From positions 195,238,001 to 195,302,000 of the forward strand of contig CM126203.1 of assembly GCA_052327205.1 (NCBI GenBank): 64,000 bases of DNA, in the 5' to 3' direction. The position numbers and the translations under genes are program-made. The notes beneath the pieces were generated by a model. The model was not told the DNA's origin. It searched no databases and saw nothing but the letters and a program-made list of their open reading frames with translations. Within the stretch, counting starts at the first letter, position 1. Every line of letters begins with the position of its first letter. Shown here piece by piece: positions 47,002 to 59,344 of this stretch. The DNA comes from Somniosus microcephalus. Taxonomy: Eukaryota.

Positions 47002-48953
47002 GGGCTGGGTGGAAGATTGGCTATCTAACAGAAAACAAAGAGTTGGGATAAATGGTTCATTCTCGGGCTGGCAATCAGTAACTAGTGGTGTTCCGCAGGG
47101 GTCAGTGCTGGGACCCCAACTCTTTACAATCTATATTAACGATTTGGAGGAAGGGACCGAGTGCAACATCTCCAAGTTTGCCGACAATACAAAGATGGGA
47201 GGGAAAGCAGTGAGTGAGGAGGACATAAAAAACCTGCAAAAGGACATAGACAGGCTAAGTGAGTGGGCAGAGATTTGGCAGATGCAATATAATGTTGGAA
47301 AGTGTGAGGTTATGCACTTTGGCAGAAAAAATCAAAGAGCAAGTTATTATCTAAATGGAGAGAAACTGCAAAGTGCTACAGTACAAAGGGATCTGGGGGT
47401 CCTGGTGCATGAAACACAAAAAGTTAGTATGCAGGTGCAGCAGGTGATCAGGAAGGCCAATGGAATCTTGGCTTTTATTGCGAGGGGGATGGAGTATAAA
47501 AACAGGGAACTCTTGCTGCAGTTATACAGGGTATTGGTGAGGCCACACCTGGAATACTGCGTGCAGTTTTGGTTTCCATATTTAAGGAAAGATATACTTG
47601 CTCTCGAGGCGTTTCAGAGAAGGTTCACTCGGTTGATTCCGGAGATGAGGGGGTTGACGTATGAGGAAAGGTTAAGTAGGTTGGGACTCTACTCATTGGA
47701 GTTCAGAAGAATGAGAGGCGATCTTTTCGAAACATATAAGATTGTGAGGGGGCTTGATCGGGTGGATGCGGTGAGGATGTTTCCACTGATGGATGAGACT
47801 AGAACTAGGGGGCATAATCTAAGAATAAGGGGCTGCCCTTTCAAAACTGAGATGAGGAGAAACTTCTTCACTCAGAGGGTAGTAAATCTATGGAATTTGC
47901 TACCCCAGAGAGCTGCGGAAGCTGCAACATTAAATAAATTTAAAATGGAGATAGACAGTTTCCTAGCAGATAAGGGAATTAGGGGTTACGGGGAGAGGGC
48001 AGGGAAGTGGACGTGAGTCTAGATTCGGATCAGCCATGATCCTATTGAATGGCGGAGCAGGCCCAAGGGGCCGTATGGCCTACTCCTGCTCCTACTTCTT
48101 ATGTTCTTATGGATTTTGCCAATGGGGAGCTTTTGGAGGCGGGACTCCCACTTGTCGGGTTTCAGTACCGCCTCCATCAACTTCTGGCCAGCCCACGCTA
48201 TTTTCCCTTGATTAACCTTAGTAAACCTGCCCAGCCGGCTTAGCAGGCCAATTAAGGGAGAGCTGGTTACAGAGAACGTTAACGTATGACGTTTCATCCG
48301 TCAAAATTTTTTTGACAGATGAATTGTCATCATTTGACAGCTCTGTGAAGCTGTCAAACACTGACATTCTCTGTAGTTTGATGAGTTCTTGAATTCAAAA
48401 CTCATCAAACCTCTTTATTTAGCAGAAATTAGATGGTTGCTGCATTGGAGAATGCAACGGCCATCTGTCATCTCTGCCGCGGAGGTGCAAGACTATCCGC
48501 ATACCCAACTCTTGAAGCCTGCAGGAAGAAACAAAGATAAGGAAATTTTTACTAATACTTTCCACTTACCTTACATACTCACCTCTACACACTTGCACCC
48601 ATCACTTAACTTCACAGCGCACCTTTGCACCCCTCCGACTCCCGCAAACCCACTACTCTCCTCAGTGACCCTGGCGGGGTTTGCAGCCTTCGGGAAGCCC
48701 GCACTTGTGTGGGTAAAATGGGGATAATCCTCTTATCTGCCTGTTAACTACCTGTTAACAGGCAAATAAGTGGCACTAATTCCCTTCCCGCCTCCAAGGA
48801 TATGGGACCCGGCGTGGGTCGGCTACCCGTATCCTGGCAAGATGGCATGGAGGCAGGTTGGGGGTGGGTTGGGCATCCGCCCTCCAGGTTCTGCCATTTT
48901 CCCAGCAGTCCCGGCTCCATACCCGCCTCCCCAGGGCTGGCAAGATCGCGCCC
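47002..48953. mobile_element. MITE family A whose left TIR is split by the CR1 insertion (body 48111-48953)
   Basis: GGGCTG|CR1|GATTTTGCC ... GGCAAGATCGCGCCC; body similar to 14544-15400. Confidence 0.75.
47008..48110 (+). mobile_element. 5'-truncated CR1 LINE with an open RT C-terminal frame to 48016 and a single 3' tail
   Basis: Close relative of the 3162 ORF2 (FADN at the catalytic motif); tail CTTATGTTCTTAT. Confidence 0.93.
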
Positions 48954-48956
48954 AAA

Positions 48957-49150
48957 GGGCTGGATTTTCCAAGCCACAAGGAGGCGTGCATGGAGGCGGG
49001 ACAGTTGGTAAAATCAGAGAAAGTGGGGGGCAGATAGCAAACCCGCCCCCATCCCGCCTCCGTGCCCTTTTGCCAGGAGGCGGGAAGATGTGCAGCTTCG
49101 GGTTCTGTCTCCTGGAGGCAGGAAAGGCATTTAATCCTTTTAACTTAATC
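48957..49150. mobile_element. Harbinger-type MITE left end, followed by a short CR1 piece (49153-49300)
   Basis: GGGCTGGATTTTCC start with GGAGGCGGG repeats; then CNISKFADGTKLG. Confidence 0.6.
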
Positions 49151-49676
49151 CTTTGTAATATATCCAAGTTTGCTGATGGTACAAAATTGGGTGTGAATGT
49201 AAGTTGTGAGGAGGATGCAAAGATGCTTCAAGGGGAAATAGACAAGCTAAGTGAGTGGGCAAGAACATGGCAAATGGAATATAACATGGAGAAATGTGAT
49301 CCTCTACAACAGTTGGAATTGTTTCTGGACATCACATCACTTCACTTCAGAAGTTTGAAGTCTCCTTCAAACTCGACAGAAGACCTGAAAGTGACCATGG
49401 CTAAGAATTTTGATGGAGCTGCTCCCACTCCATCGCTGTAATTTCACTGAAAGTTCAGTGAAATCCCTATCTACAGGCTTAATCGGGCTTTCCGTCGCAC
49501 TTTCGGCAAAGCTGCGGTGACGGAGGGGGACCAACTCCGAGGAAATTTCTGGTTCATATATTCCACTCGGAGGCTAATGTGATGTGAATATTTGAGCCCG
49601 GTTCCTCTCTCTATAGACCGACCATAGGATAACACAAGCATAGAAAAGGAAGGCCATTCAGCTGATCTTAGCTGAA

Positions 49677-50650
49677 TCCTAGGCCCAACCATCTTCAGCT
49701 GTTTCATCAATGACCTTCCCTCCATCATAAGGTCAGAAGTGGGGATGTTCGCTGATGATTGCACACTGTTCAGCACCATTCGAGACTCGTCAGATACTGA
49801 CGCAGTCCGTGTCCATATGCAGCAAGACCTGGATAACATTCAGACTTGGGCTGAAAAGTGGCAAGTAACATTCGCACCTCACAAGTGCCAGGCAATGACC
49901 ATCTCCAACAAGCGAGACTCTAACCATCTCCCCTTGACATTCAATGGCATTACCATCGCTGAATCCCCCACTATCAACATCCTGGGGGTTACCATTGATC
50001 AGAAACTGAACTGGACCAGCCATATAAATACTGTGGCTACAAGAGCAGGCCAGAGGCTGGGAATTCTGCAGCGAGTGTCTCACCACCTGACTCCCCAAAG
50101 CCTTTCCACCATCTACAAGGCACAAGTCAGGAGTGTGATGGAATACTCTCCACTTGCCTGGATGAGTGCAGCTCTTACAACACTCAAGAAGCTCGACACC
50201 ATTCAGGATAAAGCAGCCCGCTTGATTGGCACTCCATCCACCACCTTCAACATTCACTCCCTCCACCACCGGCGCACTGTGGCTGCAGTGTGTACCATCT
50301 ACAAGGTGCACTGCAGCAACTCGCCAAAGCTCCTTCAACAGCAGCTTCCAAACCCGCGACCTCTACCACTTAGAAGGACAAGGGCAGCAGATGCAAGGGA
50401 ACATCACCGCCTACAAGTTCCCCTCCAAGCCACACACCATCCTGACTTGGACCTGTATCGCCGTTCCTTCACTGTCGCTGGGCCAAAATCCTGGAACTCC
50501 CTTCCTAACAGCATTGTGGGTGTACCTACACCATATGGACCGCAGCGGTTCAAGAAGGCGGCTCACCACCATCTTCTCAAGGGCAATTAGGGATGGGCAC
50601 TAAATGCAGGCCTAGCCAGCGATGCCCACATCCCATCAATGAATAAAAAA
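49677..50650 (+). mobile_element. CR1 family-2 LINE, 5'-truncated, open 283-aa RT C-terminal frame
   Basis: MFADDCT...QVRSVMEYSPLAW...HHLLKGN; tail GAATAAAAAA. Confidence 0.92.
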
Positions 50651-50659
50651 GACTGTACA

Positions 50660-51382
50660 GTATCCTCCCCCACCACGTTCCGGATTGGGGGTGACGGGGG
50701 GTCGGGGACTGGCATGGTCGGGGTTGGGTGGGAGGGGGTTGCAACAGTCGGCAGCCGGGGATTGTGGGAGGGGCTCGGAGTGGTTCGATTAGGGGTGGTT
50801 TCGGCTGGAGTATCGGCGGGGGGGTGTGTTGAGGGACAGCTGGGAATCGGGGAGTTTGGGGATCAGGGATCAGTAGTGGGGGAGAGAAGATTGGGACCGG
50901 CCACCAGAGGATTATGGCCAGCCTCAGCATCATCGGTGGGGGGCAGGGGGAGGCCTTCATGGTGGGGATCGGAAGCCTGGGAAGGTGATTGGATGCCTGG
51001 GAAGCTGATCGGAGGCCTCATGGGGAGGTCTCTGATCACAAGGGGTAGGTTAGGCAGGGATCCTGGATCCAGCAGTAGGTATAAAGCCACTTACCTCGAA
51101 GATGCAGCCGTCCCTATCTTGGTTTAACTACCGGGCTTCAAGAATTATGTGAAACCCGTCCACATGCAGTTAAATTCAAAATGGAGGTTAAAAAGATTCT
51201 TCCAGCCTGATTTATAATATGTAAATTGATGTACTGCTCCCTAGCAATGGGTTGGTCGCCCGCCTCCGTCAAAACCGGAAATGGGCGGGTTGGAGGCATC
51301 CAGGTCAGAAATCCCATTTTTAACAAATTAACTGCCCGCATGCTCCATACCAACCAATTTTTTGGGGGGAGGCAATTCCGGC
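50660..51382. mobile_element. Harbinger-type family B element, right part with G-rich tract
   Basis: Ends GGGGGGAGGCAATTCCGGCC; similar in reverse to 26192-26905. Confidence 0.55.
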
Positions 51383-51407
51383 CTATGTGTTCCTTTTATT
51401 TACTCAC

Positions 51408-53097
51408 CAACCAGGGAACAGGATATTGTAGTGTATTGTGTAATGAGACAGGGTTAATTAGTAATCTCGTAGTAAAGGAAGCTCTGGGGAAGAGTGATCA
51501 TAATATGATAGAATTTCACATTGGGTTTGAGAGTGAAATACTTAAATCCAAAAGTAGAGTCTTAAATTTAAATAAAGCCAAATACATAGGAATGAGGGGT
51601 GAGTTGGCTAAGGTAGATTGGGAAATTAGATTAAAAGTTATGACGATGGATAAGCGGTAGCAAACATTTCAAGAAGTATTCCAAAGTGGCTAACTAAAGA
51701 AGTTAAGGATAGTATTAGATTAAAAGAGGCGGCTTATAATGTTGCTAAGAATAGCAGTAAGCCTGAAGATTGGGAGAGCTGTAGAAACTAATAAAGGTTG
51801 ACCAAAAAATTGATAAAAAGGCAGAAAATAGAATGAGAGTAAATTAGCAAAAAATATAAAAACAGATTGTAAGAGTTTATCCAAGTATGTAAGAAGGAAG
51901 AGAGTAACAAAATTAAGCGTTGGTCCCTTAGAGGCTGAGATAGGTGAAATTATAATGAGGAATAAGGAAATGGCAGAGACTTTACACACACATTTTGTAG
52001 CTGTCTTCACAGTAGAAGACACAAAAAGCATACCAAAAATAGTGGGGACCCAAGGGGCTAATGAGAGTGAGGAACTTAAAGTAATTAATATCAGTAGACA
52101 AAAAGTACTTGAGAAAATAACAGGACTAAAAGCCGACAGATCCCCAGGACCTGATGGCCTACATCCTAGAGTTCTAAAAGAAGTGGCTACAAAGATAGTG
52201 GATGCATTGGTTGTGATCTTCCAAAATTCCCTAGATTCTAGAATAGTTCCACTGGATTGGAAGGTAGCAAATGTAACCCTGCTATTCAAGAAAGTAGGGA
52301 GCGAGAAAACGGGGAACTACAGGCCAGTTAGCCTGATATTGGTTCTCAGGAAAATGCTAGAATCCATTATTAAGGAAGTGGTAACCGGGCATTTAGAAAA
52401 TCATAATCTGATTAGGCAGAGTCAACATGGTTTTATGAGAGGGAAATCATGTTTAACAAATTTATTGGAGTTTTTGAAGATTTAATAAGCAGGGTAGATA
52501 AAGGGGAACCAGTGGATGTGGTATATTTGGGTTTCCAAAAGGCATTCGATAAGGTGCCATATAAAAGGTTGCTAAGCAAGATAAGGGCACATGAGATTGG
52601 GGTTAATCTATTAGCATGGATAGAGAATTGGTTAACAGACAGAAAACAGAGAGTAGGGATAAATGGGTCATTTTCTGGTTGGCAAGCTGTAACTAGTGGG
52701 GTGCCACAAGGATCAGTGCTTGAGCCTCATCTATTTACAATCTATATGAATTACTTAGATGAAGGGACTGAGTGTAACATATCCAAGTTTGCTGACAAGA
52801 GTCTAGAATTAGGGGGCATAGTCTCAAGATAAGGGATCTGAGATGAGGAGGAATTTCTTCACTGAGGGTTGTGAATCTTTGGAATTCTCTGCCCTAAAGG
52901 GTTGGAGATACTGAATTGTTGAGTATATTCAAGGCTGAGATAGATAGATTTTTAGACTCTAGGCGAATCCAGGGATACAGAGGTAGGGCGGGAAAGTGCA
53001 GTTGAAGTTGAAGATCAGCCATGATCTTATTGAATGGCGGAGCAGGCTGGAGGGGCCATATGGCCTACTCCTGCTCCTAATTTTTACGTTCTTAAGT
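51408..53097 (+). mobile_element. Decayed CR1 LINE with an internal deletion near 52798
   Basis: KSDHNMIEF, RSPGPDGLHPRVLKE, NYRPVSL, GVPQGSVL; canonical tail. Confidence 0.9.
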
Positions 53098-53524
53098 TAT
53101 GATGTCTTGTTATTATCAGTCACCACTGTTCAAAAAAGATTCATGAAAAACTTTCAGTCACACAGCAGCAGTGCCAGAAGAGAACACTTCTCAGCCCATT
53201 TTTCAGACAGGCTGAAGTTAGTGACACTGCATGCTCTAAACTATACTGCCACCAACAGGCATTTGATAATCATCTGGGAACTGAGGTGAAACCAAATAGA
53301 TGTACTCTATAGTGGTAAGGCATTGTTTCCATTTAAAACTCCATTATTTGCCATGAGAATCTATAATTCCTATGTAAAATGTACATCCTTAAGGTCTATT
53401 GCTATGCGTTAGAATCCTAGGTACATTGTTTGGATGATCCATGAGATAGTTTCTGTCTTTATTTTTCCTTTTAAAATAAAGAATTTACGGTCCTCAAATC
53501 TGTTATGAACTGAAATTCAGGTGG

Positions 53525-53990
53525 AATGGGTACCAGCGGGAGACCATTTTGGAGGTAGTGATCACAATTCAGTTAGATTCAGCAGAGTTATGGAAAAGGT
53601 CCAAGATAGACCAGGAGTAAAAGTTCTCAATTAGGGAAAGGCCAATTTTACTAAGCTGAAATGTGATTTAGCAAAAGTGGACTGGAAACAGCTCCTTGAA
53701 GGTAAATCAGTGTCAGAGTAATGAGAGGCATTCAAGGAGGAGATAGTGAGGGTTCAGAGCAAATATGTTCCCACAAAGGAAAAGGGTTGGACTCCCAAAT
53801 CTAGAGCCCCCTGGATGCCAAGCGGCATGCAGGGTAGGATAAGGCAAAAAAGGGAAGCTTATGTAAGATACCAAGAGCTAAATACTGCAGAAAGCCTAGA
53901 GGAGTATAGAAATTGCAGGGTGAAATTAAAAAGGAAATTAGGAAAGCAAAGAGAGGGCATGAAAAAATATTGGCAAGTAACATCAAGGAT
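53525..53990 (+). mobile_element. CR1 ORF2 internal fragment
   Basis: GGSDHNSVRF...AKVDWKQLL...KKEIRKAKRGHEKILASNIK. Confidence 0.8.
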
Positions 53991-54913
53991 AACGTGCTTC
54001 AGTGTTGCAGTGCACCAAACCAGTCTCAAAATACAGATCTTAAAAGTCCACTACCATTTTCTGCCCTATTTTGTGGAAGATTCTCATATGTACTGGAGAG
54101 TTGAATGAATGAGGAAGAATGTTAGCCTTTCTACCATATGTATGACAATCCTAATGCAACATCAACATATCCACACTCATTAGGACTTGACCGCAACTAC
54201 AATTACATGAATCAAATAACTATGAACAACTGTAGTGCTTCTTTGCAGTATCACATATGAAGGTACGAAAAGCCCCCCGCACCCCCTGCAATTTCATTCA
54301 TATCAGTGGTTTGGAAATTTCGGCAACTAACATTTGTTTGCCATTGAATAATGAAGATACAGACTGGACTCTGGTATGATGCAACATTCCAACAAGTCTT
54401 GGTATCCAACGGGAATTGACACATCGAGTACTTTAGTGTTTATATATCAGATGGTTCGTACCACTCATTTATGTGTTTTATTTTTGCACTGTGGTTACTA
54501 ATACACTTTCTATTATTTCAAGAGCTAAGAAATGAAAATAGCTGCCATTATGAGTGAATAAATGCTTAACACTTTTGCTGCTATTTTAACACAAACATGA
54601 TTATTTTAAATGGGTTAATGTATCCATTAAACTACTAGAAAAACATTTCCTGATACTGTTAAATGTTTCAACAACTAATATTACCAACAGTAAATTCTAG
54701 GCTAATGACACAACTAAGATGGCAACCTCAGGAGCCAAATATTCCATGTGGATTGTGACTGCCAATATTTGCAAGTTGACAGCTATCAGAGTCAAGCAGA
54801 TAGACATTCATTTAGAACTTTTACCACAAAAAAATCATGTGCAAGGTAATAGTGCTTTGAAACTTCATTATTTTGTTAGCAAATTTTTCTGGTCCCTATT
54901 AACAGAAAAGTAA

Positions 54914-55543
54914 GGTGTGGATTTTCTGCATGCGCAGACTTCGGGCAGCTTGCCAGCAGAATGCACTAGCCAGTAGTCCCAGCAGGAGCCCCAATCCATT
55001 TTGAGAGCCTGGCTTCATTAGCATCGGGACGGTGGGCAGCTGCCATGTCCCGGGGCAGCCCGCCAGCTCTGGGCCATCACAATTTCAGGCAGCCCGTCCA
55101 GCCTCGGGGCCAGAAGAAGGTAAGTCCGTGGTGATGGGGGGCATCTGATGCCTGAAGCGGGGGTGGGTGGTGAGCCGGAACAGACGGGTTTTGTGGAGTC
55201 TGGAGAAGCAATCCTGCTCCTCCCGGCCCCACAAAAATAAAGAGGAATTTTCCTCTGGCGTCCTCCTCAGCCAAGTCGCCAGCTGATACTGGTCAGAATG
55301 TACACAGTGCATTCACTGCCCAGTTCAGTCCAAAAATGGCAATTGAGGTCCTATGTACATCACTGGAACCCTGATTTGTATTTTAAATGGCTCTGCCATC
55401 AAGGTCAGGGGGTCACTATGGCCATCCAGTGGTAGGCAGGGGAACCATTGCCAATGGTGGCAATGGGACAGTATATCCTTGTCCACCATTTCTGGGTCGC
55501 TGCTGGCCCATTTCTATCAAGCTGGAGGCCTGAAAATTCACCC
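54914..55543. mobile_element. Degenerate Harbinger-type MITE
   Basis: TAA|GGTGTGGATTTTC ... GAAAATTCACCC; GC-rich body like the other MITEs. Confidence 0.5.
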
Positions 55544-58056
55544 TTCTGTGTCAAAAATTTAATGTAGTATAAAGAAACTCTGATAGAAAGCTAGACCTTC
55601 CCTCAAGACACATCAAAACCAAAGAATTGCGACTAAAAAATCTGTCCGTTTCCCCATTATTCCAAAAATGTACCTTTTTGATTATGTTGTACTGTTTGAC
55701 ATTAACTCAAACCATACCTTAAGGAGTCAATAATTTTTTTTTCTTTAATAATGATGGAGACCTTGTTCCATTTGGATGATTTTCTTGCCAGAAGAAATGT
55801 CAGGCATGACTGTATGCTGTGGTGTCATCCAATTTTTTTAAAAGAAGACATTTACTTCAGGATGCAGAAGCAAATGATAATGTTACTTCAACCTGTAAAA
55901 TTCCACTTCAGGTATGTTCACAGCACATTTTAATGAGCCTGTAGCCTTTTTTATTCTTCCAGATTTCTTTTGATTTATGGGAATTTGTTGTAGAACCGGA
56001 GAGTATTAACCTTAACTAGTTCCTACAAGCGTCAACAGTGTCACTCAACACTGCAAATGACATTAAAAAAAGTCATTGTCAGAAATTGTAAGCCAGTGTT
56101 ATTCAATTAGGTTATATTATGGTAGAATTTCAATTCAAGATCAAGGTTACAATTATCACATCGTAACAGAGCTAATACTTTCTTTACTCATTGTTCTCCA
56201 CACAACATGGACAAGTCAGCGAATGTAATGGGGGTAGTAAACAATCACTAAAGGTGCCTCCGGTCCTGAAATTCCGAGAGCTGCAGAGGTCAGAGACTGG
56301 ATGCATCACCTGCTAAGAAATTTAATTTTGGCAGATCCCGGTTCCATTGGCTCCTGTGTTAACAGTGCATAAAATTTAATTTGGGGTTTAGGTGTGGGCA
56401 AGTTTTCTGCCATCCCTTCCGATCAACAGGGCTTGTTACTGGGCTACCCTGGGAATGCTGCCCATTACACCGATGTAAAGTGCAGCGTAACTCTTGCCAG
56501 CAAAGAGCTGGCATGAATTCTGTAGCGGGCCTTATTAAGATCCTAAGAGGGCGATTTTCTCCGGAGACTTTAGGCGCTAAAGAGCCTCCGAGGTAGCCAA
56601 GATGGGGTCTTGAGCTGCAATGCTGGTTTAGCCTGCCTTTAACGCAAGACACCACCTTGGTAAAGGAGTTGAAGCGCGCACTAGGAATGGTTGCCCCGAG
56701 GATCATTAAGGCTCTGATTAATGATTAAATTGGCTACTCGTGCTCATTAAAGAGGCTGCACACCATTTTGCTGGCTAGAGCTTCAATTAACAGCCTCTCC
56801 TAACAGCAACCAGCTGAATAGGAGTAAAGAAGCCGTTGCTGAGGATTTTCAGTGCTACTTAAAGCCATGCTCAGCTTTCACTGTTCACTTGCTGCTGGAG
56901 ATTGACTGAGTACACTGCATTTGAAGGGGACTTTGAGCCACATTGGGAGACTTTCTGGGACACTTCGTCAAGCCTTCACCAACATATATTCCGAAATTCT
57001 CTGAGGACTTCACCTAAAGAGAGTGACGGCTGTGCTACTCTACCTTATAAGAATCACCAGGAGAAAGGGAGTGCTTGGTCATGGGGATCTTGCTACGGGT
57101 CCCCCTTGTTCTAGAGGAGGAATGGTAGGAGGAGATGAGGCCAAGCAGAGCAACACAAGCTGCTGCAGGAGAGAGGGAGAGGATGATTAGGAGGGTGAGG
57201 TGGACTCCTTCCCCGCTGCGAGTACAGGACAACCCTCCTCTTCTGGACCTCCTCCACCTGGACCTACAGCACTGCATCGGAGAACCTGTGCGCTCTCTCC
57301 CTCGGTCCCTGAGCCATCCTGAAATGTTCTGTTGTGTGGCAGCCAGTGCACTCCACACCTGCAGTGGAAGTAGGAGTGTGGAGCCCACGTATACTGCTCC
57401 AGGAAAATTGCTTCTAATTAGCGCTTGAGTGCTAAACCTGCAGGTGTCTGTTTTAGCACCTCAAGGCAAGTTTAAAGCATGGTAATTATCAATTAGCCCC
57501 AAAATTGTGAGCTAAAACCAGGTGTGTCTTAGCACAGCACCCACTTAGCGCCTGTTTTCACCCTTTCCCCATATAATCCCCTACTATGATTGCACCAAGG
57601 AAATGTACTTGATACAAAGTGGATTCATTACCTTAAAAAAAAGGCTTGCTTTCTCCCTAAGGAACAGAAAAAAGTGAGAAAATATTCTTCTCCGTTCTTC
57701 CCAGCCCTCATTTCTGTCCTAAGAACGGCATGCTGCTACTCTTGTTTTCCTCTTGATGAATGGGTGCCTTTTAAGCACCCTGATATGTGCTGGTGCCCAC
57801 TCTGAGTATTTTAATGACCCCCCATCCCTGCAGTTTGAGATGGGATCTGCGTCAAGCTCCATGGGCAACCACTCAATCGTTAAAGGATTTTCATCTTGCA
57901 TATAGACTTTGTTTTCTTTTTGTGGTTAACTCATATATTGGTACAATCTTACTAAAAGGAGAGAAAACTTTCCTCCTGACAGTTCATTAGAGGTTTTTTC
58001 TTAACCATAACTCAAAGATTATTTTCAAAAGAGTGAGATGGAATTCTGAACCAATA

Positions 58057-58241
58057 GGATAGATTTTGACTCTCTGCTCTAGTGTAAAACAGGTAATAGC
58101 GAATCGGCAGCCTGTTTCACATCTCTCTCGATATCTATTTCCATTGACTTCAGTGGACACACAAATCGGGAGAGATGTGAAACGGGCTGCCAATTAGCTA
58201 ATCACCCATTTTACACTATCGCATAAAGTCAAAATCTACCT
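58057..58241. mobile_element. Palindromic hairpin MITE (~185 bp)
   Basis: TAGATTTTGACT/AGTCAAAATCTA, TAGTGTAAAA/TTTTACACTA, GGCAGCCTGTTTCACATCTCTC/GAGAGATGTGAAACGGGCTGCC; centre CCATTGACTTCAGTGG. Confidence 0.8.
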
Positions 58242-59344
58242 CTACCCCAATTTTTTTTTTTTTTACCATTTGGATTCATATCAAGTCTTTCATTCAAAAT
58301 TCACCAGTCATTTGCATTGAGGTTCTCCCAATCTCCTACAATAACTTTGCTGTAACTTTGGTGGAAATCTTGCAAAAATAATAGCCTTTTACACTGTTTC
58401 TGCCAAAGTCACAACAGGAGATTGGGGTACCCCTGTGGAAATTCTACCCCCTTAACTATAATTGATGATCATGGCCAGTGTCTCTGGCAGCAAATCATGA
58501 CCCCTATTGCCTGAGTTGTGGCAAAGCTTTCCAAGGAGGTCTATAAATGAGTTTCTCCACTGACTTGGAGAGCTGATAAAATCAAAATTGCTGAAACTAT
58601 AAATCTTTTTCGATCAAGTGCAAGAAGCACTGAAAGTTGACACACAATTTATCATGATCCCATAATCATTCTCCAGAGACAACAATCAGTGAAGAAGCCT
58701 TAGAAAAGAAGTGGCTTAGGTTTGACATATTAACAAAGTTTACATTGTATTTGTGTTTCTTTTGGCACCAAAGACCGAATCCCAGAAGGATAGGGAAAAA
58801 CCTAAAGAATGTGAGGGAAAAAAAGCACATTCTGGATTCCGCTTAAGGCCCCTCATTGACCTAGTACATAAATATAAAGAATCAGACTTGGTGGTTTGGG
58901 AACAGACTCTTAGCGAAGTAATTTCAACCTAACTGTGATATCCGAGTGGTAAGGTCCGAAACTGAGAGAAGCGAGATATTAGGAACAAAACCCAACTATT
59001 TATTACACGGTGTAGCAGAGGACCAGCTCTTACAGGCTGCAAGCAAGACACACAATTCTTACTGCACGATGGCAAGATGGAGGATTCACCTCTGAGTCAT
59101 ACCCATAATGCAATGCCACATTACCTTATAAACTGGTGTACCAGGACATTGAATACATGACTCATTACCTTAAAAACTGGTGAATGTGAACCCTTAATAT
59201 TTAGCTCTATCTGGTGGATAACTTAAACATTACATCCCAGATTACTATATCCCTCCCCTCTTAAGTTGAACATTAATTTCTTAACAACATTCTTAAAAAG
59301 TCCCATAAGGAAACTCCTTTAACGATAGTCCATACTGAATGAAT

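Noticed and set aside
48770-49441. 223-aa ORF
   Set aside because: Chance read-through across two MITE ends and a CR1 fragment.
56548-57582. Another decayed Harbinger derivative
   Set aside because: The left end is TIR-like (GGGCGATTTTC), but the right end and TSD could not be fixed.
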